Source: an uncultured Nitrospiraceae bacterium (lineage in GTDB: Bacteria > Nitrospirota > Thermodesulfovibrionia > Thermodesulfovibrionales > Dissulfurispiraceae). From it: a DNA stretch of 64,000 bases. Positions 9,625-19,338 of this stretch are shown piece after piece (the stretch's first letter is position 1; every line of letters begins with the position of its first letter). The translations under genes and the position numbers were made by a program. The notes beneath the pieces were generated by a model that was not told where the DNA came from, did not search any database, and saw nothing but the letters and a program-made list of their open reading frames with translations. The stretch spans positions 1,664,001-1,728,000 of the forward strand of contig CAVSHF010000003.1 of the NCBI GenBank assembly GCA_963727805.1, read 5' to 3'.

Positions 9625-10000
9625 ATTATCAATCTCCCTCGACCAATGGTTCAAACCTGATACCCCTGTCTTCCTTGAAGGGATCATTATGGTCGAAATT
9701 GCCTTCCCATATTTCCAGTGGAATGCCCACAGGGAAAGCATCACAGGAAGGGTTACTTTTTTCGAAGCTTCCACGGAAATGTATGCAACTCAGGCACTGT
9801 TCCTGCATTTCAACCTCCGGCTGCTATACCTATATTATAGTTCAATATAGCGCCAATTCTAATAGAGCAGGTCATTGCGGCAAGATAGTCATCTATGTGG
9901 GACAAAAGCTATTAACATCAGGGGGCAGGCATGGTACAATAGAATAATTTTCATGCGCAGGCCACTGATTGAATCCTATGCAGCGCGGGGAGAAGACGCA

Positions 10001-10876
10001 ATGGACTGGTATTATAAAAATGGGGATACTCGGATTGGACCGATCAGTGATGAACAAATGCGGGCTCTCGCCCTGCAAGGGACGATCACTCCCAAAACTC
10101 TGGTATGGAACGAACTCATTGCAAAGTGGCAGCCATACAGTGAAACAGCAGGCGGCCTCGCCTCGCCCACCACACCCGTGCAACCGTATGAGCGGAAGGA
10201 AGAGGTGCAGCATGAGGCCCCGATAGACGCTAATATGGACCTGGATTGGGACCGCACTGATCACGATACTGGTCCTTCAGATACCGAATACAAGCCCCCG
10301 CAAAAGACTGAATCCTATTGCTCGCAATGCTTCAACAAATTTCCTATTGAGGAACTTATTCAGTACGGCGATGCAAAGATTTGTGCCGTCTGCAAACCTC
10401 TTTTTTTTCAGAAAGTGAAGGAGGGAGCAAAAATAGCTGGGACGCCACACTACGCAGGCTTTTGGGTCCGCTTTGTCGCAAAATTTATCGACCACGCCAT
10501 CGTCGGCGTCATCGGCATGCTCTTCTACGCTGCCGCTATGTTCATGTTTTTCCTTGATGATAGAATGCTGATGTCTCCGCTCAGGATGGTGGTCTTAATG
10601 CTCGTGTATGTGCTACAAATTTCATTCAACATTGCCTATACAACTTTGTTTATCGGGAAATACGGTGCCACACCCGGGAAGATGGCCCTCAACCTCACAG
10701 TGGTTAACCCAGACGGCAGCAAAGTAAGCTATACGAAGGCCTTCGGCCGTTTCTTTGCCGAGATCATCAGCGGCATCATACTTGCCATCGGGTACATTAT
10801 GGCCGCTTTTGATAGTGAAAAGCGGGCACTTCATGATCGCATCTGCAGTACCCGAGTCATAAGGAAATCAGCGTAA
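10001..10876 (+). CDS. RDD family membrane protein with N-terminal GYF_2-like domain and a CxxC-x19-CxxC finger
   Basis: WYY..G..IGP and TLVW; CSQC...CAVC; YAGFWVRFVA..ID, GATPGK and KRALHDRI; ATG 10001 preferred. Confidence 0.88.
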   Translation: MDWYYKNGDTRIGPISDEQMRALALQGTITPKTLVWNELIAKWQPYSETAGGLASPTTPVQPYERKEEVQHEAPIDANMDLDWDRTDHDTGPSDTEYKPPQKTESYCSQCFNKFPIEELIQYGDAKICAVCKPLFFQKVKEGAKIAGTPHYAGFWVRFVAKFIDHAIVGVIGMLFYAAAMFMFFLDDRMLMSPLRMVVLMLVYVLQISFNIAYTTLFIGKYGATPGKMALNLTVVNPDGSKVSYTKAFGRFFAEIISGIILAIGYIMAAFDSEKRALHDRICSTRVIRKSA

Positions 10877-10880
10877 CCGC

Positions 10881-11456
10881 ATGATGAGCCCGTCGATCGA
10901 CTGCCCTAAATGCAATATACCCCTTGAGAGGCAGTTCTTCAACACCTCGGATATGACAAGGTGCCCTTCATGCGATACACGCCTGCGAATTGAAATCTTT
11001 CCTGCCTTTTTCGAGGAGCCGCCGACCACGGAGACCCTGGGTCTCCTTGTTGTCGGTAATGAGCCGGGCTGTTATTTTCACGAGCAGAAAAAGGCGGTTG
11101 TTCCCTGTGCTCTGTGTGGCCGTTTCATCTGCTCCCTCTGCGATATAGAATTGAGCGGGCAGCACGTTTGTCCGTCGTGCTTCGAAGCGGGTCGGAATAA
11201 ACACAAAATCTCGGCCCTCGAAACCCATCGAGTCCTTTATGACGATATAGCCCTCGCCCTGTCAATCATTCCCATGATCTTCATCTTGCCGACTATCGCA
11301 ACCGCTCCAGCAAGCATCTACTTATCGATATGTCACTGGAAGTCTCCGTCAAGCATAATCTTGAGAACGAAGGTCCGCTTTATTATTGCAATGTTCTTAT
11401 CGCTCTTTCAGATAATTGGTTGGGTATTTCTCATCTCCTATTTGGTCACGAGATAG
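10881..11456 (+). CDS. Zn-ribbon plus B-box-like zinc finger membrane protein
   Basis: CPKC...CPSC, then CYFH-x7-CALCGRFICSLC-x8-CPSC; two C-terminal TM segments. Confidence 0.8.
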   Translation: MMSPSIDCPKCNIPLERQFFNTSDMTRCPSCDTRLRIEIFPAFFEEPPTTETLGLLVVGNEPGCYFHEQKKAVVPCALCGRFICSLCDIELSGQHVCPSCFEAGRNKHKISALETHRVLYDDIALALSIIPMIFILPTIATAPASIYLSICHWKSPSSIILRTKVRFIIAMFLSLFQIIGWVFLISYLVTR

Positions 11457-11476
11457 GCCCGCAACAGAGGAATATA

Positions 11477-11995
11477 ATGAAAAAAGAATATCAGCGCTTA
11501 GCAGGAAAAGGGCGTAAAAAGAGAAACATCTTCGGCTTCACAAGACTTTACCTCGGAAAAGACCATCTCCTCTGTGTCTATAATTCTGCCTATACCGAGG
11601 ATTACCGCCGTTTTTACTTCAGGGATATCCAGTCAATCGTCATCGCCATTAATTCGGCCAGAGAGAGATTAAGCGCCTGCTTCACAGGTGCCGCCCTATT
11701 GCTGCTCTTGTTCGCCTTTTGGAGAGGGGGATATTGGGCCGTATTCTTTATGATCCTTGCCTGCCTCTTTCTCCTCAACGCTTTGATCAACTGGCGCCGC
11801 GGCCCCACCTGCACGTGCCAACTCTCTACGGCAGTAAGCCAAGAGGAACTGCCCTCGCTCGGCCGGCTGCAAAACGCGATGAAGGTTATCGAGGTCCTCA
11901 AGCCGCTGATCTCGGAATGCCAGGGCACGCTTTCGCATGAAGATATCAGGACGAAGGCCTCAGCCTCAAAACATAGATCATCTCAAGTACCGTGA
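11477..11995 (+). CDS. Hypothetical two-TM membrane protein
   Basis: ATG 11477 with gagga SD; YTEDYRRFYFRDIQ and GPTC; operonic. Confidence 0.75.
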   Translation: MKKEYQRLAGKGRKKRNIFGFTRLYLGKDHLLCVYNSAYTEDYRRFYFRDIQSIVIAINSARERLSACFTGAALLLLLFAFWRGGYWAVFFMILACLFLLNALINWRRGPTCTCQLSTAVSQEELPSLGRLQNAMKVIEVLKPLISECQGTLSHEDIRTKASASKHRSSQVP

Positions 11996-12309
11996 TGAAG
12001 GATCTCTCCCGCCGACGCTGCCATAATCATCCGAGCCGCGAAGCGGCAGCGCTCTGTATCGAATGCGGCAGGTCATTCTGCCGTGAATGCATCACTGAGC
12101 ACGATGCCCGGATGTCCTGCTCATCATGCATCGGGAAGCTCTTAAGGCCCACATCTTCGCGCCGCTTTCATCTTTCTGATATCGTTGCTGTAGGACAGTC
12201 TCTACTTGGCATCCTTATCACATGGCTGGTCTTTTATTATCTCGGTCAAGTACTCCTCTTGCTGCCCTCGTCATTTCATGACGGCACAATCTGGCGAGCG
12301 AGCTTCTAG
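11992..12309 (+). CDS. B-box-like zinc finger membrane protein
   Basis: CHNHPSREAAALCIECGRSFCRECITEH-x5-CSSC plus one TM segment. Confidence 0.8.
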   Translation: MMKDLSRRRCHNHPSREAAALCIECGRSFCRECITEHDARMSCSSCIGKLLRPTSSRRFHLSDIVAVGQSLLGILITWLVFYYLGQVLLLLPSSFHDGTIWRASF

Positions 12310-12317
12310 GAGGTTCG

Positions 12318-13985
12318 GTGAAAAAAAAGGATAGTAGGCGTCACCAGAACAAAGGTGCCCTCGAGATAATCGAAGAGGCGACACACCTGCTAAGGCTTAT
12401 GCCAAAAGGGATAACTGCCCTCTATTATATGGGCAGTCTCCCTTTCATTCTTGGCTTACTCTATTTTATTGCTGACATGAGCAAGAGCGCATTCGCCTAT
12501 CAGCATGAGGCGAAAGCTACCTTTGCTATAGTCCTTCTGTTCCTATGGATGAAGTGTTGGCAGACGGTTTTCTGCAACCATGTCAAATCCTATGTTTCAG
12601 GTGCCCCAGCACCGAAGTGGTCTTTGATCGAGATTATGCGCCTGTGCGTTACGCAGACTTCCCTTCAACCCCTTGGGTTCGTCATACTGCCGCTTGCTTT
12701 TCTCATCACCCTTCCCTTCGGATACGCTTACGCCTTCTTCCAGAATATCTCACTCCTAGGCGATGGTAAAACTGGCGGCACGAGGGCCCTTTACCGCTCG
12801 GCGCTAACCCAGGCAAGGCTCTTTCCGAGGCAGAACCACTTGGTTCTTCTCATTATTATCCTCTTCTGGCTTTTCGTCCTTCTGAATGTCATGATCGCAA
12901 TGTTCATAGCGCCCCGGCTACTCAAGTCGTTTCTGGGAATGGAAACAGCCTTCACCCTGGCGGGCTGGGGGCTACTCAATACGACCTTTTTCGCTGCCGC
13001 TTTAGGCATCTCCCACCTCCTTGTCGACCCACTTATTAAGATAATTTACGTCCTCCGATGCTTCTATGGCGAATCACTCCGCACGGGTGAGGATTTGACG
13101 ATAGAGCTAAAGCTCATGCGTCCCGCCGCGAACACAATGGTCGCACTGTTCGTTTTATTTTGTTGCTGGCAGACATCTCTATCTCCGGCTGCAGTCGAAA
13201 CTCCCATTCCCGAGGTAAAAGAAGCGGGCTTGTCTGCTTCGGACCTCGACCGTTCGTTAAGCGAAGTGATCGGCAAGAGAGAGTATGCCTGGCGGTTGCC
13301 CCGTGAACATGAGGAAAAGAAAAAAGATCACGGCCTTTTTGCCACGTTCGTGGAAGGAGTGATCGAAACGGTGCTGGATTGGCTGAGGACCCTTAAGGAG
13401 TGGGGGGCAAAGGTTATCGAATGGCTTGATGCAAATATCTTCAGGTATTTCAGATCCACACCGCCTGCGTCTTCTGACAGTGGATGGTCCGGATCAACGC
13501 CGATTCTTCTTTATGTACTCGCCACTGTTGGGGCTTGTGTCGTTGGTATTTTCGTGCTACGAACCATAAAAAAAAGAGGCCTCGCCGCAGTTAATCTATC
13601 CATCGAGGCCGCGCCACAGGTCCGTGATCTCTCATCTGAAGATGTCACGGCGGATGAGCTTCCTTCGGGCGAATGGCTCGCACTCGCGCGGCAGATGGCC
13701 GAAAGGGGGGATCTACGTCTCGCCCTTCGTGCCCTCTATCTCGGGAGCCTCGCAAACCTCGCGCGCCAAGGGATCGTCACTATCGCAAAGTATAAATCCA
13801 ATCACGACTATGAACAGGAATTAAGGCGCAGGGCCGCCGAATCATCCGAACTGATCGCTGCCTTTTCGAATAGTATCGCTACTTTTGAGAGCATCTGGTA
13901 CGGCATGCACGATATCTCGCAAGAGACCTTCAGGGACTTTAACGAAACCCACAAGAGGATTATGGCGCTTGCAGAAAAGCACTAG
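12318..13985 (+). CDS. Multi-TM protein with C-terminal DUF4129-like domain
   Basis: GDLRLALRALYL..L, KSNHDY and FESIWYG; ggagg SD. Confidence 0.8.
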   Translation: MKKKDSRRHQNKGALEIIEEATHLLRLMPKGITALYYMGSLPFILGLLYFIADMSKSAFAYQHEAKATFAIVLLFLWMKCWQTVFCNHVKSYVSGAPAPKWSLIEIMRLCVTQTSLQPLGFVILPLAFLITLPFGYAYAFFQNISLLGDGKTGGTRALYRSALTQARLFPRQNHLVLLIIILFWLFVLLNVMIAMFIAPRLLKSFLGMETAFTLAGWGLLNTTFFAAALGISHLLVDPLIKIIYVLRCFYGESLRTGEDLTIELKLMRPAANTMVALFVLFCCWQTSLSPAAVETPIPEVKEAGLSASDLDRSLSEVIGKREYAWRLPREHEEKKKDHGLFATFVEGVIETVLDWLRTLKEWGAKVIEWLDANIFRYFRSTPPASSDSGWSGSTPILLYVLATVGACVVGIFVLRTIKKRGLAAVNLSIEAAPQVRDLSSEDVTADELPSGEWLALARQMAERGDLRLALRALYLGSLANLARQGIVTIAKYKSNHDYEQELRRRAAESSELIAAFSNSIATFESIWYGMHDISQETFRDFNETHKRIMALAEKH

Positions 13986-15150
13986 GATACAAAGCATCAT
14001 ATTCATCGGATTGCTGGGCCTTTTTCTCTTCGGCCTGCTCGAACTCTTTCAAATGAGGTTTCAGTCCGGAGATATCTATCCTATCTATTCTTCTCTGAGG
14101 ACCGATCCCCTCGGGACAAAGGCCTATTACGAAGCTCTCGCTGCAATGCCCGGGCTTTCAGTGTCGCGCAACTACAAACCGCTGCCGAAGCTTAAAGGTG
14201 ACTCTACTCTCTTTCTCCTCGGGGTGAATGGATATGCCCTCGAATTCATCGAGGATACGGAGGTGAAGGCTCTCGAATCTTTTGTTACGGGCGGTGGGAG
14301 GCTCATTATAACCCTTGTTCCCACACGCGCGGGGAGACAGACAAAGAACACCGAAAACAAGGATTATACAAAGCCCGCTGGGGTTAAGCCTCCCATCTCG
14401 CTTGCCAAGAGGTGGGGATTCAGATTTTCTTCAGGAGGGTCAGAAGGGACCCCAAAGCGGGAAGCCGTTTCAACCGCGGACGGATATCAACATCCAGCTT
14501 CTATTACATGGCATTCTATCGTCTCTTTTGAGGGACTTGACGCTGGTTGGGAAACTATTTACAAGTCGGCAGACAAGCCGGTTATGATTGAGAGGAGATA
14601 CGGCAAGGGGACGATCGTCCTCGCAACCGATACCTATTTTACGAGCAATGAGGCGATCCTGAGAGAGCGTCACCCCGAGCTGCTCGCATGGCTCGCGGGC
14701 TCGCACCAAGGCATAGTTTTCGATGAAACGCATAATGGCATCTTCGAGAATCCTGGCATCACTTTCCTCTTACGCAAATACGGCCTTCACGGCGTTTTTG
14801 CCGGATTTCTACTTCTTGGCTTGCTCTTCGTCTGGAAAAACAGTGTAAGCTTTGTACCGCGGCATGCGAATCAGGACGATGAATCTGACAATATCGCGCC
14901 CGGGAAGGACCATCTTTCGGGATTCATCAGCCTGCTTCGCCGAAATGTCCCTCGGAAAGAAGTCCTTTCTGTCTGTGTGCAAGAATGGAAAAAAGGACTT
15001 AGACAAGGCGCACTCCCGAAAGAGAAAATGGAAAGGATTGAAGAGGCAGCAGGGGTTTTCAGGGACAGGTCCGTGAAAAGTAAGTTGCAGGTAGATGCAT
15101 ACAAGTCCATAACGAAGATCTTATCAGAGAGGTTGACACATGGAAAATAA
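13969..15150 (+). CDS. DUF4350 family protein
   Basis: YSSLRTDPLGTKAY, FVTGGGRL, G.GTIVL, F.NEA and FDETH; start uncertain (TTG 13969 chosen). Confidence 0.78.
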   Translation: MQKSTRIQSIIFIGLLGLFLFGLLELFQMRFQSGDIYPIYSSLRTDPLGTKAYYEALAAMPGLSVSRNYKPLPKLKGDSTLFLLGVNGYALEFIEDTEVKALESFVTGGGRLIITLVPTRAGRQTKNTENKDYTKPAGVKPPISLAKRWGFRFSSGGSEGTPKREAVSTADGYQHPASITWHSIVSFEGLDAGWETIYKSADKPVMIERRYGKGTIVLATDTYFTSNEAILRERHPELLAWLAGSHQGIVFDETHNGIFENPGITFLLRKYGLHGVFAGFLLLGLLFVWKNSVSFVPRHANQDDESDNIAPGKDHLSGFISLLRRNVPRKEVLSVCVQEWKKGLRQGALPKEKMERIEEAAGVFRDRSVKSKLQVDAYKSITKILSERLTHGK

Positions 15151-16105
15151 GATAGACCATTTAAAGGCGGTACTGGCTGAAGCAAGAAAAGAAGTTTCAA
15201 AGGTCATCATCGGACAGAAAGAGGCGGTGGACAAATCGCTCATCGCGATCTTCACCGGTACCCATGCCCTTATTGAAGGCGTACCAGGTGTGGCGAAAAC
15301 TCTTCTGGTGAGAACACTGGCACATATACTGGGCTGCGATTTCAAGAGAATACAGTTTACGCCGGATCTCATGCCGACCGACATCACCGGCACGAATATC
15401 TTTAACATGCAGAAGAACGACTTCACTCTCGTCAAGGGGCCGATATTCACAACTTTTCTCCTGGCTGACGAGATAAACAGAGCGCCTGCAAAGACCCAGT
15501 CAGCCCTACTTCAGGCAATGCAAGAACGGCACGTCACCATCGACCGCGAAACGTATCCTCTCTCTCCCAACTTTACGGTCTTCGCAACCCAGAATCCCAT
15601 CGAATATGAGGGCACCTACCCGCTGCCGGAGGCTCAGAAAGACCGTTTTATACTCAAGATTACGATGGACTATCCGGACAAAGGTGATGAGCTTTCGCTC
15701 GCGCACCGCATGCTCGGAAACGATTCTCCTGAAGCAGTCCTTGCCGCGGGCGGTGTCAAGACCGTCATAACCGCTGATGATCTAGATCTGTTGCGTCGGT
15801 CTCTCGAAGGGATACTTATCAAGGATGAACTAATAGGATACATTGTGGAGATCGTGAGACAAACGAGGAGTCACGAAAGCGTACTCGTCGGCGCAGGCCC
15901 GCGCGCCACGCAAGCCCTGATTCTGTCGGGGAGGGCTTATGCCGCCCTCGAAGGTCGCGATTTTGTCACACCCGATGATATCAAGAACCTTGCTATGCCG
16001 GCTCTCGAACACCGCATCATCCTGAGGCCTGATTACGAGATCGAAGGATTGAGCGTCCGCGAGGTGATCGCCGACGTCCTCAAAAAGGTGAGCGTCCCCA
16101 GATGA
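15140..16105 (+). CDS. moxR: MoxR-family AAA+ ATPase
   Basis: EGVPGVAKT, RIQFTPDLMP.D, LADEINRAPAKTQSALL and TQNPIEYEGTYPLPEAQ.DRF. Confidence 0.95.
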   Translation: MENKIDHLKAVLAEARKEVSKVIIGQKEAVDKSLIAIFTGTHALIEGVPGVAKTLLVRTLAHILGCDFKRIQFTPDLMPTDITGTNIFNMQKNDFTLVKGPIFTTFLLADEINRAPAKTQSALLQAMQERHVTIDRETYPLSPNFTVFATQNPIEYEGTYPLPEAQKDRFILKITMDYPDKGDELSLAHRMLGNDSPEAVLAAGGVKTVITADDLDLLRRSLEGILIKDELIGYIVEIVRQTRSHESVLVGAGPRATQALILSGRAYAALEGRDFVTPDDIKNLAMPALEHRIILRPDYEIEGLSVREVIADVLKKVSVPR

Positions 16106-17460
16106 TCATTCCCCACAACAGGCTTCTCTTTTGGACAGGTGTCGTCGTTATCCCATTTTCCGGGCTCAGTGCGTTAGTCCCGGCAGAGAGAGAACTATCC
16201 GCAATAGCAATCGGTCTGCTGCTTCTGCTTGTGCTCATCGACGCGTCTCTTGCTTCCAGGGGGCTGCGGGGGATAAAGGTCGAATTCCCGGAAGTGGTTC
16301 GCCTTTCTCGTGGCCGGAAGGGACTGATCAGATTCGTCGCTTTGAATGAAAACTCTAAAACTAAAAGGGTGCGGATCGGCCTCGTATTCCCATACGAGAT
16401 TGGTACTAAAAGTGACAGCCTTATTCTGAATCTTCAAAAAGGAGACCGCACGCTTTTTCAATGGGACTGCACGCCTATGAGGCGCGGTTCATATTGCTTC
16501 GATCTCTGCTACCTTGAAGGAACCTCTCCACTCGGCTTTTGGGCAGTGATGGGAAGTCTACCCATTAATTCTGAAATCCGGGTCTATCCCGACTTCCTTG
16601 CAGAAAAGAAACACCTTGCGTCCCTCTTTTTGAATCGTGGCAATTTTGGTATTCATACCCGCCGACAGGTAGGCCAGGGGCGCGACTTGGAGAAACTTCG
16701 CGAATACGCACACGGCGACAGTTATGAGCATATTCACTGGAAAGTAACTGCCAAGCGGGGGCGCCCGGTGACCAAGGTATTCCAGATCGAAAAGACCCAA
16801 GAAGTCTATGTCATAATTGACGCCTCACGTCTCAGCAGCCGCAGCCCCGCTATTACGGATGCAAATCAGTCGTACGGCAAAGGCGAATATCCGCTATCAT
16901 TAATGGAGCGGTTCGTTACGAGTGCACTCGTCATGGGCACTGCAGCGCACAGGCAAGGGGATCGTTTCGGCATCCTAACCTTTAGCGACAGGGTGCGAAC
17001 TTTCATCAGGGCCAAAACCGGCGCGGGCCATTTGACCAATTGCCGCGAGGCTCTCTTATCGATACATCCGGAAATAGTGAATCCCGATTTCGGCGAAATC
17101 TTCTCCTTTATCGGCATGAAAATAAGAAGGCGCTCACTCCTGATCTTTTTGACGAGTCTCGATGACCCCGCCCTCGCCGAAAGTTTCATAAACGGTATCG
17201 ACCTAATGGCACGCAAGCACCTCGTCATGGTAAACATGCTCAGGCCGGCAGGAGTAAGGCCGCTCTTTTCTGATTCCGGGGTGGATTCCCTCGAAGATAT
17301 TTACGGAGCACTGGGGGGACATCTCATGTGGCAGAATCTCGGCGAGATAGGGAAGGTCCTCGAACGCCGCGGGGTACGCTTTACCCTTCTCGAAAATGAA
17401 ACAATGTGCAGCGCGTTGGTTTCACAATACATGGAATTGAAACAGAGACAGCTCCTATGA
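16102..17460 (+). CDS. DUF58 (vWA-like) MoxR partner
   Basis: LREYAHGDSYEHIHWKVTAKRG, IIDASR and GDRFG. Confidence 0.9.
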   Translation: MIIPHNRLLFWTGVVVIPFSGLSALVPAERELSAIAIGLLLLLVLIDASLASRGLRGIKVEFPEVVRLSRGRKGLIRFVALNENSKTKRVRIGLVFPYEIGTKSDSLILNLQKGDRTLFQWDCTPMRRGSYCFDLCYLEGTSPLGFWAVMGSLPINSEIRVYPDFLAEKKHLASLFLNRGNFGIHTRRQVGQGRDLEKLREYAHGDSYEHIHWKVTAKRGRPVTKVFQIEKTQEVYVIIDASRLSSRSPAITDANQSYGKGEYPLSLMERFVTSALVMGTAAHRQGDRFGILTFSDRVRTFIRAKTGAGHLTNCREALLSIHPEIVNPDFGEIFSFIGMKIRRRSLLIFLTSLDDPALAESFINGIDLMARKHLVMVNMLRPAGVRPLFSDSGVDSLEDIYGALGGHLMWQNLGEIGKVLERRGVRFTLLENETMCSALVSQYMELKQRQLL

Positions 17461-18479
17461 TTATAGACCTGCAGAAATTTATCGCCGAGGAGGGCCCCTA
17501 CTGGATGGACCTCGAAGCAACGCTTGGCAGACTCGAAAACGATCCCCTTCAGAAAATGTCCCTCGATGAGGTAAAGCACTTTCATTACCTCTATCAGCGC
17601 ACCGCCTCTGCGTTGGCGAAGATGGCGACCTTCTCTTTGGAGCCTGAGATTAGACGCTATCTCGAATCCCTGACAGCCCGTGCTTATGCCGAAATCAATG
17701 AGACGCGGGAAAGACCTCATAGACTCTCGCTTGGCCGTTGGTTTTTCACTACCCTTCCAAGCACCTTCAGAGGAAGGATACAGGCTTTTTACCTATCCTT
17801 CGCGATAACGATCGTTGGAATGATCATCGGCGGCTTTATCGCTAGCCTCGACCCAGAAGCGAAAGAGGTCATCCTTCCCTTCCCTCATCTCAAAGGGAGC
17901 CCGACCGAAAGGGTTTACGGCGAAGAAAAAGTTGTTGAAGACCGTCTGAAAGGCTTCCAGGCGAGCGGCGCGGCGTGGTACATGACTCACAATACCCAGG
18001 TCTGCATCTTCACAATGGCCCTCGGCATCACATGGGGCATAGGTACGGTGCTGATGCTTTTTTATAATGGAGCTATCCTGGGCGCAGTTGTCTTCGATTA
18101 CGTCCTTGCAGGAGAGGCACAATTCTTGATCGCATGGCTATCCCCGCACGGAGTTGTCGAGATCCCCGCGATCCTGCTTGCGGGGCAGACAGGATTGGTT
18201 CTTGCGGGTGCGTTCATAGGCCGGGGAAGCAGCACCTCTTTACCGACGAGGCTCCGGCAGGTCTCAAAAGACCTCGTCACTCTTATCTTCGGTGTGGCCA
18301 TAATGCTCACTTGGGCGGGCTTTATTGAGTCCTTTGTCTCGCAGTATCATGAGCCTATGCTTCCTTACCCGCTAAAAATCGGTTTCGCCGCTATCGAGTT
18401 TGTCATGCTCGTCCTTTTCTTTGGTTTTTCAGGCCGACCTAAACAGAAAACTCAAAGGAGTGGACTTGAACAACACTAA
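17457..18479 (+). CDS. Stage II sporulation protein M (DUF95) family membrane protein
   Basis: THNTQV, L.YNG.ILG, PHGVVEIPAI and AGFIESFVS; ATG overlaps the DUF58 stop. Confidence 0.88.
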   Translation: MIIDLQKFIAEEGPYWMDLEATLGRLENDPLQKMSLDEVKHFHYLYQRTASALAKMATFSLEPEIRRYLESLTARAYAEINETRERPHRLSLGRWFFTTLPSTFRGRIQAFYLSFAITIVGMIIGGFIASLDPEAKEVILPFPHLKGSPTERVYGEEKVVEDRLKGFQASGAAWYMTHNTQVCIFTMALGITWGIGTVLMLFYNGAILGAVVFDYVLAGEAQFLIAWLSPHGVVEIPAILLAGQTGLVLAGAFIGRGSSTSLPTRLRQVSKDLVTLIFGVAIMLTWAGFIESFVSQYHEPMLPYPLKIGFAAIEFVMLVLFFGFSGRPKQKTQRSGLEQH

Positions 18480-19239
18480 CAGAAAAACGAATATGCTTAA
18501 TATCCGGACACCTGAGGGGATCGTCTTTTCGATGCTCCTTGCCGGCCCGGTAACCCGATCGTTAGCATGGGCCGTAGACCTCGCCTGCATCATCGCCGTC
18601 ATGAGCATTATCGGCAGCATTGTCGGCACACTCAGTATTGTAAGCAGGGATTTGGCAGGCGCCATTTCGATGGTTCTGTATTTTTTTGTTTCGATAGGCT
18701 ACAGCATTTTAACGGAGTGGCTCTGGAGAGGACAAACTATAGGCAAGAAGCTCCTGCGACTGAGGGTAATGGACGTTCAGGGGCTGAAGCTTCAGTTCAG
18801 CCAGATCGTGATCCGCAACCTCCTGCGCTTCTTCGATTCTCTTCCAGCCTTCTATTGTGTCGGAGGTACCGCATGCCTGCTCAGCAGGAAATGCCAACGC
18901 TTGGGCGACATCGCTGCCAATACTGTCGTCATCTATACGCCTGAAGTTGGGGACCCTAATGTCGAGCAGCTTATTGCCGGAAAGTTTAATTCACTCCGAA
19001 GCTATTCGCATTTAGCAGCCAGGCTCAGGCAGCAGATATCTCCGCAGGAAACCAGAATCGCTCGTCAGGCCCTGATGAGGCGTGATGAACTCGACCCCGC
19101 AGCGCGTATCGGACTGTTCAGAAAAATCGCTGACCATTTCCGGTCCATCGTCGAATTCCCAGAGGAGGCAACGTTTGGGATTACTGATGAACAATATATT
19201 CGTAATGTCGTCGATATTCTCTTCAGGGACAAAAATTGA
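18466..19239 (+). CDS. RDD family protein
   Basis: TPEGIVF..LAG..R..A..D, GQTIGKK, IRNLLR and QRLGDIAA.T.V; TTG with aaggag SD. Confidence 0.9.
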   Translation: MNNTNRKTNMLNIRTPEGIVFSMLLAGPVTRSLAWAVDLACIIAVMSIIGSIVGTLSIVSRDLAGAISMVLYFFVSIGYSILTEWLWRGQTIGKKLLRLRVMDVQGLKLQFSQIVIRNLLRFFDSLPAFYCVGGTACLLSRKCQRLGDIAANTVVIYTPEVGDPNVEQLIAGKFNSLRSYSHLAARLRQQISPQETRIARQALMRRDELDPAARIGLFRKIADHFRSIVEFPEEATFGITDEQYIRNVVDILFRDKN

Positions 19240-19282
19240 ACTGAGTGCCTTATTTGGTCCTCACGGATGGCCGTCTACAGAT

Positions 19283-19315
19283 GTAAAAAGGCCCGGAGAG
19301 ACCGGGCCTTTTTAC
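19283..19315. terminator. Bidirectional intrinsic terminator
   Basis: gtaaaaaggcccgg-agaga-ccgggcctttttac between convergent genes. Confidence 0.85.
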
Positions 19316-19338
19316 TGTTGCCTCATTGTCTTTAGGCG

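Noticed and set aside
9625..10000. Long N-terminal extensions of ORFs 9301-9774(-) and 9875-10876(+)
   Set aside because: Downstream starts (9624 and 10001) have SD-like sequences and match domain boundaries; this is a divergent promoter region
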